Shown: in pieces, positions 38,211 through 50,600 of the stretch
How positions within the stretch are numbered: the stretch's first letter is position 1
Layout of the letters: each line of letters starts with the position of its first letter
Source of the DNA: Cyanophora paradoxa CCMP329
Taxonomy: Eukaryota > Plantae > Glaucophyta
Direction: 5' to 3'
NCBI GenBank assembly: GCA_004431415.1
Contig: QPMI01000478.1
Coordinates: 124,001-188,000, forward strand
Length of the DNA stretch: 64,000 nt
Notes under the pieces: generated by a model
What the model was told of the DNA's origin: nothing
The model's input: only the letters and a program-made list of their open reading frames with translations
Database searches by the model: none
Position numbers and translations under genes: made by a program

Positions 38211-38675
38211 GAGCCCCAGGCCTAGGGCGTGGGCCCCGCGCCCATCCCCGTTCGAACAACAGCTGGCTACAGCGCTCGATTCCCGCTTTTCTGGGCTATA
38301 GCTACCAGGTCTTCAATTCGCTTCATCTGTACATATATAGTCAATCCTGCGATTGGACGTCGACTTATTTAATTTCTTCTTTGTGTTCGCAATTGTTGTA
38401 AGTGGCGCCGGGCCCTCGCATGAAATCTAGACTTGGATCTAGAAATTTTACGCCCTATGGCCATCCATTTTCCCGAAATTCTCCGCCCCATGACCGTGCC
38501 CCTCAGTAGCAGCTTCCTTTCCTCGTTTCGATACGTTCCTTCTTCTGGTCCTAGCTGTCTAAATACATAAGAATACTAAATGACCACACTTGCATATAAG
38601 TAACACGCACTAAGATCTATTTACGGAGATCGTAAGCCCGCATCACCTGGCACGCTGCCACATGTCCAGTGCGCC

Positions 38676-41600
38676 TCATAGGCGAGTCACGAACACGGCG
38701 CGATCGTCTGCTGTTCCGCTCGAGCCCGCGCGCTTCGCCTTCGGATTCCCCTGTGATTTCCGGCTGTCGCGGGTCGCCGACCGGCCGCTCCTGAGCGCCC
38801 CCGCCACCAGAACGCCCACCGCGAGCGCAACGGCGATCCCGCCGGTGATGATAAACAGCTTCATCATCTGGGCGATCGCGACAGTCATGAGCACGCTGAA
38901 TCCGCGAACTCGGGCGCGTTATTATTCTCAAATTGCGCGTACCTTTCCCTCCGCGTCCTGTCCGCTGCTTTGTGCCTTCGAATTCGCGTCTTCGGCCACG
39001 GCGAGGTTGACAGCCCTCAAGGCCGCGTCGGCCGTGTCGGGCGGCTCCGCTGCGCCGCCGTCCTCGGTCCCGCCGCTCGGGGCGCTCGGGGGCCCCGCGT
39101 CCGACCAGACGACGGCCTGGCGTCCCGATCACAATCTCGCAATTGACTTCGCCAAAAACCCACTCACATTCCTAAAGATGATCGGGGGGAAGGCGCCCGT
39201 GGGGCTCTGGATGCGCAGGTCGTAGGGCACTCCACTGGAGAACTGCCGAGAGGCCCGCCGGCGGCCCTGCTGGCCCTGCCGCAGCGCGGGGACCTCTGCT
39301 CTGTGTCAGAATCGAGTGCCGCAGTTTCGGGAGGGGGCGCGCACTGAATCGGACTCGCTGGTCGGGCAGCACCGTCGCGTGCACTTCGATCGTTTCGATC
39401 AGCCCGGCGGCGCCGTTGCTCATAAGCACGACCCGCAAGGCGTCGCCCGGCAAAAGCTCGACCTGAAGCGCGTACACAATTATAAACGCGCGCCGTTGCA
39501 GGGCACACTCGAATTACACCGAGGCACCGGAAGGCCCTCCAAAGCCACGATGACGAAATCGCTGGGGGACTGCAGCCGGGCCGTTTAAGATTATAATTAG
39601 GCAATGAAGCCGAGCAGAAGCTTAGAATTGATCTGATCGACGCACGTCCCGCGAGACTTGGAGGAGGGGCGCCGGTAGCGAGACGGAGATCGTGTCCCCG
39701 TCCACCAGGGCTGTCATCGAGCCCGTCTCCACCGTCTGCTCTCCGACTTTGATGGACCCGACGCTCACGTTCGCTGGAATGGGAGGCGGCGGGACGGGCG
39801 CTGTGATCGGGCCCGGGGATGGCGTCGGCGTCGCGAGCCCGGGCGGCGCTGCCGCTCCGGATGCGACGTCGCTGCCTCGACCCGAGCTGTTCGCTTGGAG
39901 CGAACGCGTGCGAGCGATGGCCTGCGCCCTCCGGTCCTGCCCGTAATGCAGCGTGACCGTACACGTGATCAGGTACTGCTGCAGCTGGCTCGGGAGTCCC
40001 GTCACGTTCACTGCCTGCACGGCCTCCGCTGCTATCGGGACGTCCAAGACGACGGCAGAGCTTGTCGCTCCACCCCCCGCGCAGCTGACTGTTAGATTCG
40101 TGTAGACGGGCGTGTCCACCGCCCCGTCAGGCGAGACGCTCCACGCGATAGCTGATGTCGCGACTGCAGTCGCAGACACGGGCGCCACGGTGAAGTTGAG
40201 CGAGCCGTCCAGCACCTCCCGAGAAGGAGCTGTTGATTGCTTTTAGCCAATCGCAAACGCGGGATATTGAAGATGTAGCTGATTTATTTGGCGATTCAAT
40301 ACTCAAGATGAAGCTGATATTTTAGGTGATTCACGGTGTCTGCGCAATAGTCCGCGTGCAAATATACTTATGCACCTGCGGGCACTTCGCAGACGCTCGC
40401 GTTCGTCTGTTGCCGAAGCTCCGCCAGAGCAGTTGCATTTCTTTCCACGCCGACGTAGCTCAGCGTGCCATTGCAAACGTAAGATACGCCCGCCGACAGC
40501 GCAGGCACAGCGATCTCCATGTCGATGGCCGAGTATGTCGTCGAATTTAACTGACCCAAGTTGCCAAGGACGACTTGAGGGACGACAAGGACGATGCTGT
40601 ACGTCTGCGTGCCTCCAGGGGCTGCACATGCGACGGCCAAGTTCTCGTACCGGGGCGGAATGCATGCCCCCTCTGCCGGAAGCCATGCGGCTGATACAGA
40701 AATCGCGTCGTATTTAATGTTGGGGGTGGTGTGGCTTGGGCATGCGACGACGAGATCGGCGGGCGTGCAGAAACGCGCTGCAAACGCACGGCAGAACGTT
40801 TTAGCCGGCTCGCGCGAACGATCGCAAGATTTTGCTCACCGGGAACGAGCGTCGTGGCGTTGGTGGCTGTGCTCTGCAGCAACCCACCCGTCCCGTAGAA
40901 GAGGGTCGCGTTGCAATGCACTGTCTGGTCCTCGACGGAGGGTGCGAACCCCGCTAGCTGGAGGGTGACTCCCTCCACGGCTGTCGCAGCGGCGGGGACG
41001 TCTTTCAGCAGCGCCCTCCGAGTCTCGTTCCCGGAATAGCACACGACAGTGACGTTTGAGTACACGGGGGTTTTAACGTGGCCCGGCGAGATTGCCCATG
41101 AGAGCCCAGTGACGTTGAGAGATGTGATTGATGTGGAAACGATTTGCAGAACCAGAGAACCGTCGAGCACGGTCTTATCTGGTACTACGACAATAGTACA
41201 GTAAGCATGTGCACCATTTCGGATCCTTCGATGGAAAAGGCGCTGCGCTGCGTACCTTGTACATAGGCCGACGCGACAGCAACAGACACGTCGGACGCGT
41301 TGGAATTCACGCCTGTTGCGTACTCAAGAATTGCGATGCAGACGAAACTTGACTCCAAGACGTCCTGCAAGCCTGCAATGGTGACAGGACTCGCCTCGCT
41401 CGCACCGGTTGCAATTTCGCCAGGTAGAACAGCAATCACGGGTGTACTGTCCGCTGCACCAGTGCAGCTGATTGTTAGATTTGTGTAAACAGGCGTGTCC
41501 ACCGCCCCGTCTGCCGACAAGCTCCACGCGATAGCTGATGTCATAATCGCATTTGCAGATGCGGCAGACACAGTAAAGTTGAGTGACCCGTCAAGAACAA

Positions 41601-44600
41601 CTCGCGGGGGAGCTGCGATTTCGAATGCGCATGCGCGTCGTCAGTCGAGCTCGAAAGCTTCTGTTGCTGGTTCATAAAATGAAACCCACCTGCAGGCACG
41701 TTGCACACGCTCGCATTCTCCTGTTGCAAAGTAACCACTGCATTGGCGTCGTATCTGACACCAGCGTACTGCAGTGTTCCATTGCAAACGTAGGATACGC
41801 TCATAGACAGCGGGGGCACAGTGACTGCCAGGAATGCAGTGAGGTCGTTGTCAGCGACTCGAGCGGCCGACGTAGTCGACGAATAGATCTCTGAGCCTTC
41901 CGAGCCTAATGGGGTGCATGCGACAGCGAGCGTCTCGTATTTCGGCGTGATGCACTCCGTCTGCGGCGCGCGCCAAGTGGCCGATGTCGGAATGGAGTCG
42001 GGCTTGATGTCTCGAAAAGTGCGGCCGGGGCATGCCACGACAAGGTCGCGTGGCACGCAGAAAGCAGCTGCAAGCACGATCGTGAACGATACGTATCAAA
42101 TTAAAGGAACACCGTCGTTGTATTCCATCGCAGTGAATGGGATCCCTTTTTAAAATTTGCGTACCACGTATGGAAGTGGTGGAGTTCGTCGCCACGGCCT
42201 GCAGCTGCCCCGCCGCCCCGTAATAGAGCGTCGCCGTGCATCGCACGGTCTGGGCCTCCGTGCTCTGAACAAAGCCATCGATGCGCAGGGTCCGTTCCAC
42301 TTCGTCGACGGCAGTCTGCATCGGCGAGATGGCTTTTGCAGCGCCTGTCCGCGTCGCGCCCCCCCACTCGCAGGAGACGGTCAGGTTCGCGTAGACGGGA
42401 GTGTCGTGGCGGCCGCTGGAGACGGCCCACGCAAAGCCGGAGACGACGACGGAAGAGATCGAGGCGGGCGCGACCTGGAAAGAGAGCGTCCCAGGAAGCA
42501 CCGTTCGGTCGGGAGCTGCACGTGCTCATAAGCATCAGAATTCGGAGAATTTATCACAGATCAAGATTCCATGAGCAGCAAGCTTAAGTTACCTATCGCT
42601 GCCGCCCAGCCTCGCGCTGAGTAGCCGTCAGCGTACTCCAGCGTTGCCGTGCAGTTCACATCGAACGAAGTGGGGTCCGGTAGCTCTCCGACTCCGATTG
42701 CAGAGCCATACGAGGACGAGCCGGGGGCGATCGGCGCCGCCTCGCCGACGCGTCGGACTCCCCTGCACACGCACAGGACACGCAGACTGTGGAAGGTCGG
42801 AGATCCGATCTCGCCCGCCGCTGACAGGGACCAGGCGACGGAGCCGATGGAGATCGATGTCCTGTTGATGGCAGCCACCGCGAATATCAGGCTCCCCTCC
42901 ACGGCCTTGGCTGCCGGTCTCATTTTAGGTGTTGTTGACGTAATGCGAAGCGATCGCGAATCAAAAAGCTATAGCTGGCTATAGCAGCCGAATGATCTGC
43001 ATGACGTGCATTAATTAATCGGAACGCACCAGCCAGAGATGCCGTTTGTACAGCGGCCGACAAGCGCCCGAACTGCACTTCAGGATCTTGTTCGGCTACA
43101 GAAGTCACAAAATATATGGAAGAAACGCAGTTGACGGGGTAGGGATCCACGCGCTCGGGCATTCCTGCAACTACAACGTCTTCGATCGAAACGGATGCGA
43201 CCGAAACCGTCCGATTGACAGTGCTCCTCATGACCCCAAATCCCGTGCAACCGACAGTCACGTTGGCGTACACCGGCGAATCGAGCGCCAAGTCGGGCTC
43301 CGTTTGAGCTCGCCACGACATCGATGCAGCCACAAAAGATGTGGTTGTCGATGCGCTGACCACGAAAGCAAGAGATCCCGGAACCAAACCTCGTGGAGGC
43401 GCTGCGAAGAAAAGAAAATTAGATTTTCATATGCATTTTCGAATCCTTGCAATCCTCGCAGTTGCCAAGAGTGTTTATATATATGCGTATATGCGTATGC
43501 GTACCTGCTGGAACAGCGCATCTTGTCTGGTGTGTTTGCGAGCTCGTTGTTGCCTGGCTGCTGTTGAATCTAACTCCGACATATCGCAGCACCGCCCGGC
43601 AGTTGTACGCCACGCCCGCAAGCATGGGCGGAACGGAGATCGTCACAAACGTGGAGGCGGCGTTCGATGCAACTGCCCCCGCCAGCGTGCTTCGGCTGAA
43701 GCTCGCGGTCGTTGGTGCCCCGGCGGGCGGCGTGCAGGTGACAGTGACTGATTCGAATGCCGGCGGAATGCACTCGACTACAGGCGTATTCCAGGCAGTC
43801 GAAGTGGCAATCGACGTCGCATTCAGAGCAAGGCCGGTGGACCCCGGACATGAGACAGCGACATCGGCCGGCACGCAGTAAGAGGCTGCGCAAGCGGACA
43901 ATGGGCGACCGTAATTATAAGCAACGACACGCAAGTGCTCATTACGTATAAATTTTATTTGAATTGCAGAATTCAGGACGTCTGGTGCACGTGCGCACCG
44001 CGCATGGAAGCGGTGGAGTTCGTCGCCACAGCCTGCAGCTGCCCCGCCGCCCCGTAATAGAGCGTCGCCGTGCATCGCACGGTCTGGGCCTCCGTGCTCG
44101 GAACAAAGCCATCGATGCGCAGGATCCGTTCCACTTCGTCGACGGCAGTCTGCATCGGCGAGATGGCTTTTGCAGCGCCTGTCCGCGTCGCGCCCCCCCA
44201 CTCGCAGGAGACGGTCAGGTTCGCGTAGACGGGAGTGTCGTGGCGGCCGCTGGAGACGGCCCACGCAAAGCCGGAGACGACGACGGAAGAGATCGAGGCG
44301 GGCGCGACCTGGAAAGAGAGCGTCCCAGGACGAACCGTTCGGTCTGGAGCTGCGCGTGATCATGAAGCGTGAAAATTCGCCGAACCCATCAGAGATCAAG
44401 ATTCCATGAGCAGCACGTTACCTATCGCCTCCGACCAGCCTCGCGCTGAGTAGCCGTCAGCGTACTCCAGCGTTGCCGTGCAGTTCACATCGAACGAAGT
44501 GGGGTCCGGTAGCTCTCCGATTACGATTGCAGAGCCATACGAGGACGAGCCGGGGGCGATCGGCGCCGCCTCGCCGACGCGTCGGACTCCCCTGCAAACG

Positions 44601-47600
44601 CACAGGACACGCAGACTGTGGAAGGTCGGAGATTCGGTCTCGCCCGCCGCGGACAGGGACCAGGCGACGGAGTCGATGGAGATCGATGTCCTGTTGATGG
44701 CAGCCACCGCGAATATCAGGCTCCCCTCCACGGCCTTGGCTGTGCATGGCGTCAATGCGTATGTGAGAAAGTGAATATAATTTAAAAAACCGTAGCTGTG
44801 CGACATGCGCGTGCACGTCCACTCTACGGCCTGTGCGTGCATGTGCACACTCACGCACCGTAAAGTGAATGTGTTTCGGCGGCGGATCTTACGCTGTTGA
44901 GAGTGCCGACACGCGCTTGGGTTCCGAAGGGCGATATGTAAAACAGTGTCGCTGTGCATCGGATTGCATACGATTCTGACCGCTCGGGCAGCCCTGTCAC
45001 TGTTATGCCATCCGTGGACGACGCTGCCAAGGGGACTGGTGCAACAGCCTTTGTCAGAGATATGCCAGCCCCGGTGCACGTGACGTTCAAACTTGTGTAC
45101 GCTGGCGTATCGATCGCCCCCTCCACATGAAGCCTCCACGTGAATATGGAGATTGAAACAGAAGTTGGCGACGCAGCTGCCGCTGTAAAGTTCAGACTGC
45201 CATTCAGCACCTGCCGTGCAGGAGCTGCGCATGCGGGAACGAGTGAGTGACCCGAAACTACCGCTTTCGTGCGAGCGTCTTCCGAGTCCCGCTACAAGCG
45301 CAAACTCACCGCCCTCAACAGAGCAGACAGTGTCGCCCGTTTGATTGAGCAGAGCAGCCTTGATCTGATAACCGACGCCCTTGAATTGCAGCACCGCCCG
45401 GCAGTTGTACGCCACGCCCGCAAGCATGGGCGGAACGGAAATCGTCAGAAACGTGGAGGCGGCGTTCGAGGCAACTGCCCCCGCCAGCGTGCTTCGGCTG
45501 TAGCTCGTCGGCGACCCGGTGGGCGGCGTGCAGGTGACAGTGACTGATTCGAATGCCGGCGGAATGCACTCGACTACAGGCGTATTCCAGGCAGTCGAAG
45601 TGGCAATCGACGTCGCATTCAGAGCAAGGCCGGTGGACCCCGGACATGAGACAGCGACATCGGCCGGCACGCAGTAAGGGGCTGCGCAAGCGGACAATGG
45701 GCGACCGTAAGCAACGACACGCAAGTGCTCATTACGTATAAATTTTCTTTGAATTGCAGAATTCAGGACGTCTGGTGCACGTGCGCACCGCGCACGGAAG
45801 TGGTGGAGTTCGTCGCCACAGCCTGCAGCTGCCCCGCCGCCCCGTAATAGAGCGTCGCCGTGCATCGCACGGTCTGGGCCTCCGTGCTCGGAACGAAGCC
45901 ATCGATGCGCAGGGTCCGTTCCACTTCGTCGACGGCAGTCTGCATCGGCGAGATGGCTTTTGCAGCGCCTGTCCGCGTCTCGTTCCCCCACTCGCAGGAG
46001 ACGGTCAGGTTCGCGTAGACGGGAGTGTCGTGGCGGCCGCTGGAGACGGCCCACGCAAAGCCGGAGACGACGACGGAAGAGATCGAGGCGGGCGCGACCT
46101 GGAAAGAGAGCGTCCCAGGAAGCACCGTTCGGTCGGGAGCTGCTCGCAGTGTGCATTAGCGTCCAATCTCTACAATGCGCATGCGCCTAACGCGGAGAAC
46201 GCTAGCATCACACCTATCATTGCTTGCGTGCGATTGGACAGCTCGCGAAACGAGTATGAAAGCGTTACGTTGCATGTCGTATCATACGAATAGGTGTCGT
46301 TTAACCCTTCCACAGTAACTGGAATTGACAGCGAGTACGAGCCCCGCTCGGGCAGAACGGTGTCGTTCACTTGTCGCCGTGAGCGGTTCTCGCAAGCAAC
46401 CCGAAGTGAGGTGTACGTTGGGGAACCCCCAGCGCCATCGGGGGACAAGTCCCACGTGAGGTTCGAGATCTGAACCCTTGTTGCCGAAAGCCGATCGATA
46501 GTGAACGGCAAGATCGAAACAACGCGCCGAGCTGCGTAACATGTCAGAGCGCACATGCAGCTGCATTCAAGATCATGATTATGCGATTATCACTGCTCAC
46601 CTGCGATTGCAGCGATCGGTGCGGACGTGGAGGAAGATGAATTTGTTGTCCCTCCATAATACCAGATTGTGACTCTGCAAACTACTGTGTAGCTTGTAGG
46701 CATTTCGGGCAAAGTGAAGACATTCGATGCCGGTATCAACGTCGAGCCGGGGGCAGGAAGGTCGTCGCCTCTCAGCGTCAGCGCGCTTGTCTCGTTCAGT
46801 GCTTCTGCACTGGCCTCGCACGCCAAGGCTAGACCGGTGTACAAGGGAGACCCCGGCTCGCCGGCATCCGAGAGCGCCAAAGAGAAGTTTGAGGTTCGTA
46901 CGGCCGATGCACTGATGGCCTCGACACTGAAACCGCTGATACCAACGACGGACTTGGCTGCGCGGGAAATCGAGATTAGTTCCAGGTCGATCATGACGCA
47001 GCCCGCTTAGTACACAAACGACAGCAAACTATGCTAGAGGCCATGGGCGATCCCGATGGACACGCACAGGTCAGGGATTGGATGGGAGAGCTGGCGTTCC
47101 GCGTGGCCAATCCGCCTGGACCGCCATGAATCAAGAAATACAGAAATAATGCCCCGCAAATCTAGGTACCGAGGAAAATGAGCTCTGCCGAGCAAATGAT
47201 CGTGTACGAGAAAGGGCGTTCAGGAAGCCCCGTGATAACTATCGGGTCAGCGAAATTTGTGCCGGGGGCCAAGTCGGCAACGATGCCCGTGCTGCTCGCC
47301 CCAATGCTCGGGGCTTCGCAAGTAACTCCAAGCCGGACATAGGCCGGCGTGCCAGCTTGGCCGGACATCGATAATCGCCAGTTGAGGGCGGAGGTCCGGA
47401 CGCTGGTCGTGGAGATAGCCTGCGCAGTGAACGCAGACAGGCTCGTGACGCGCTTGCTGTTCATCGGCTCTCCCGACGGGAGAACGTTCGCCTCTGCGTA
47501 TGTACGCGTGCAAGGGTGAGAGACTGCTTAGGCTGCTCGAAGCCTTCGCGAATTCGAATTCTCTAACCGAGTTTCAAGATATCTGACGGAGAGACCGACC

Positions 47601-50600
47601 CGGCAAAATAGGCACTACGCATCCGTCAGAAACTCACTTTAATAGCGAAACCAGGCATGCACTGATCGTGAGACGCGTACCCGCATGTGCCCTCAAGCTC
47701 CGTGATCGCTGCCTGGGACCGATCGCCTTGCGGAACGTTCGCTATCGCTTCATCGAATTGCACTGGACGACGTTGATATTCAGAGGCAGCTAGTGTTGAA
47801 TCTAGATATTGTAGATTGGAAAAGACGGCGTACAGGTTGCGCCAGCTTGCGGCTGGGAGAAGTTTACGCTCGAGAGGTTTGCGACGAGAGCGTTGGTTAG
47901 GAAAGACCCGGCTGGACCATCCCTGCCGCGCGCAACAAAGAACAGCGGTCCACATGTCCATGCCCCTCCACCCTGCCGCCCTCCTGCTCCGTTCTGTTTG
48001 GGCATAGCAATGAGCAGCAAGAGCATGCGCAGCGCTCCTCACCCAAATCCCGCACCTGCGCCACCGTTACCCAGACCGGCGACGGTGCTGTGAGGTCCGC
48101 GTAGTACAGCCCGCTGGCAGCTGTCCACGAAGAATCTCGACCCTGCGCATGCGATTGGGCTGTCAGCGACTGTAAACATTATCAACTCGTTTGGCCTTAC
48201 TCCGAAATAGAAGAGCCTTTTATCTGGAAGGGGAGGGGGCCGGGGTCGGCGAAAGCTTGGGGGGTGGGGGATAAAATCGAAGGCGTGAGCACCGAAAACC
48301 GCTCCCTGTGCCATGTCCGTTCTTGGCTCTCCGCTTGCTGAGTGCTCGATCAGCGTACCCCACCTGGCGGTTCCTTCTGTAGCGTCTGCATCGTAGAAGC
48401 TGCACGCTCTTCAATATCAGCCTCTGAATTCAAATTCGATCATGGAGTAACTACTACGTGTGATCGCGTACATGATGGAGTTAGTGAGTACTCTGCTGCC
48501 GGTGCTCGCGTCGAGCTTTGCTCCTCCCGCCACGAAAAGCTGCCCCCGATTGAATGAGAATCTTTCAGCTGAATCGGCACGATTGATGAACGCGCTCTAT
48601 TGTTGTCTTTGACTGACCTTCGTGCCAAGTACGACGGAGACAGGTCCGGATCGGGCGCGGCCGTTGATTTCGTCCGCTGTTCCAGTGTTCACGTCGACGC
48701 AGTCCGAGTTCGACAGGCCATCTGCGTGACACACCGCTCAGAAAAAGCTTTTGAAAATAAAAGAAAAAGAGTCCTAATGAAGCATTTTCTTCAATATAGC
48801 GAAAGCAAATTGAAATTTATTATTACCCCATTCCAAATATCTGCGCAAATTCGAAGGCAAGAAGGGATCGTCAGCTCTAGATGGCGAACATGTTGCTTAA
48901 GCTTTCTGGAATGGACGTGCGCGCCTTGACCCGGCCTGCATAGGAGTCCCGTCCGAGCTCGCATATGGGACGCCGGTGTGCGCGACCAGAAAGAGCTTCG
49001 AGCCGAGCCCGCGGTGGATCCAGCCGTCCTCGGAGAATGCGCAAGAGTCGCTCAGAGTGACGGGGGTCCAGCTTGCCGCCCGTGTGGCGGGGTTGACCGT
49101 CACAGTGCGGACGCCGCCTTCCCCTGCGAGGCTGTCTTCAGTCCTGTAACTAAATATAACCCTAAATATCGAGGCTGTCTTCAGTCCTGTAACTAAATAT
49201 AACCCTAAATATAAGTCCTTCAGTCCTTCAGTCCTGTAGCTATATCCGACGCGCTCAATGTTCGAAGACGAACCATTGAACAGAAGGAAAGGAGCAGCGA
49301 GCACTAGCTTGGTACGGAGAGCTGTGGTCGACCACAGTGTCCTTTCGGGCGCGCGGGCAATCGACCGTACAAGATAAACAGGCCTTCGTAGGGCTGCAGC
49401 GTTCATTCATTTGCAGTAATTGGATTCAGCAAAACATGCAAATGAGCTCATGCAATCGTTACAAAACCAGAGCCCGGGCACCTGTTCTCTTGCTTGACCA
49501 GATGATCGAAGCGTTTTCCGAGTAGCGCAAGGTGGCGGTGCACACCACGTCGAACCAAGAGACGTCAGGGAGGTCCCCGATCGTGACGTTGCCGGCCGCG
49601 GCCGAGGCGCCGCTCGGGATGTCCGAAGCAAAAGATGCCGACTGGACAACGCCGTCGTTCTCGCAGGAGACGTCGAGCCCCCGATATGAAGGAGTTTCAG
49701 AAACACCACTCTGCGAAAGGCTCCATGAAATGTTTGCGATGCGGACGGCGGTAGAAGACACGGCCTCGACCGCGAACTGCTTTGTTTCCACCACGTAGCG
49801 ACCTGTGTGTTGTTTTTAGATTGCATCCCGAGTTGAAGGCGCAGTATTCGTGCGAGAAGGAGATCTAGAGCGGACGCACTAGGTACCGAGAGAACGGAAG
49901 CAGCTGTCCGCGAAGCACTTCTCCCGGAGTAGTAAAGCGTTGCGGTGCAAGTGATCGCGTACGGCTCAGTTCGCTCCGGGAATGCATCGATCGTGAGGTT
50001 GCTTCCGGTTGTGTTCGCGCCGGAAGGGATTTGTGGGATTATTGCAGAGATCGTCAAATTAAGTTCTTCACAATTGCAGGCGACCACCAAGCTCGTGAAA
50101 AACGGCGTGCCCTGCAAACGGCTTTATTCAACAGGATTTGAGAGCAAATGGTTGCGTGGGTTTATATATAGTTACGCGCATCATCGCCGTCGCTTGAGAG
50201 TCGCCAGATGATGGCGCCAATTTGGACTGTTCGAGTGGACAATGGCGTGACCGAGAACGGGTCGACGCTCATCACGCGCTTGCTCAGAAGAAGGCGACCA
50301 GACGGCGAAACATTTGCCTCTGTTAGTTTCCCATCAGCTTTATTTCCCTTTGCTATATGAGTAAGCACACCGAATTTTGCGACGGTATTTACGTTCCCTG
50401 TGGATCCCACGAAATAGGCGCCGCATTTCGATTCGAACTCCAGAGTGGCCGCCTGAGAGAGCTCCCCGGGGGGCAAACTGGCTGACGCCGTCTCAAATAC
50501 CACTGCTCGAGATCATGATCAAAGGAATGCGTTACAAGTAAATATAAAGTTAATCGTGCATGGTGAGCTCGCTTGCGATCGGGCACTGCAATATTAATTG

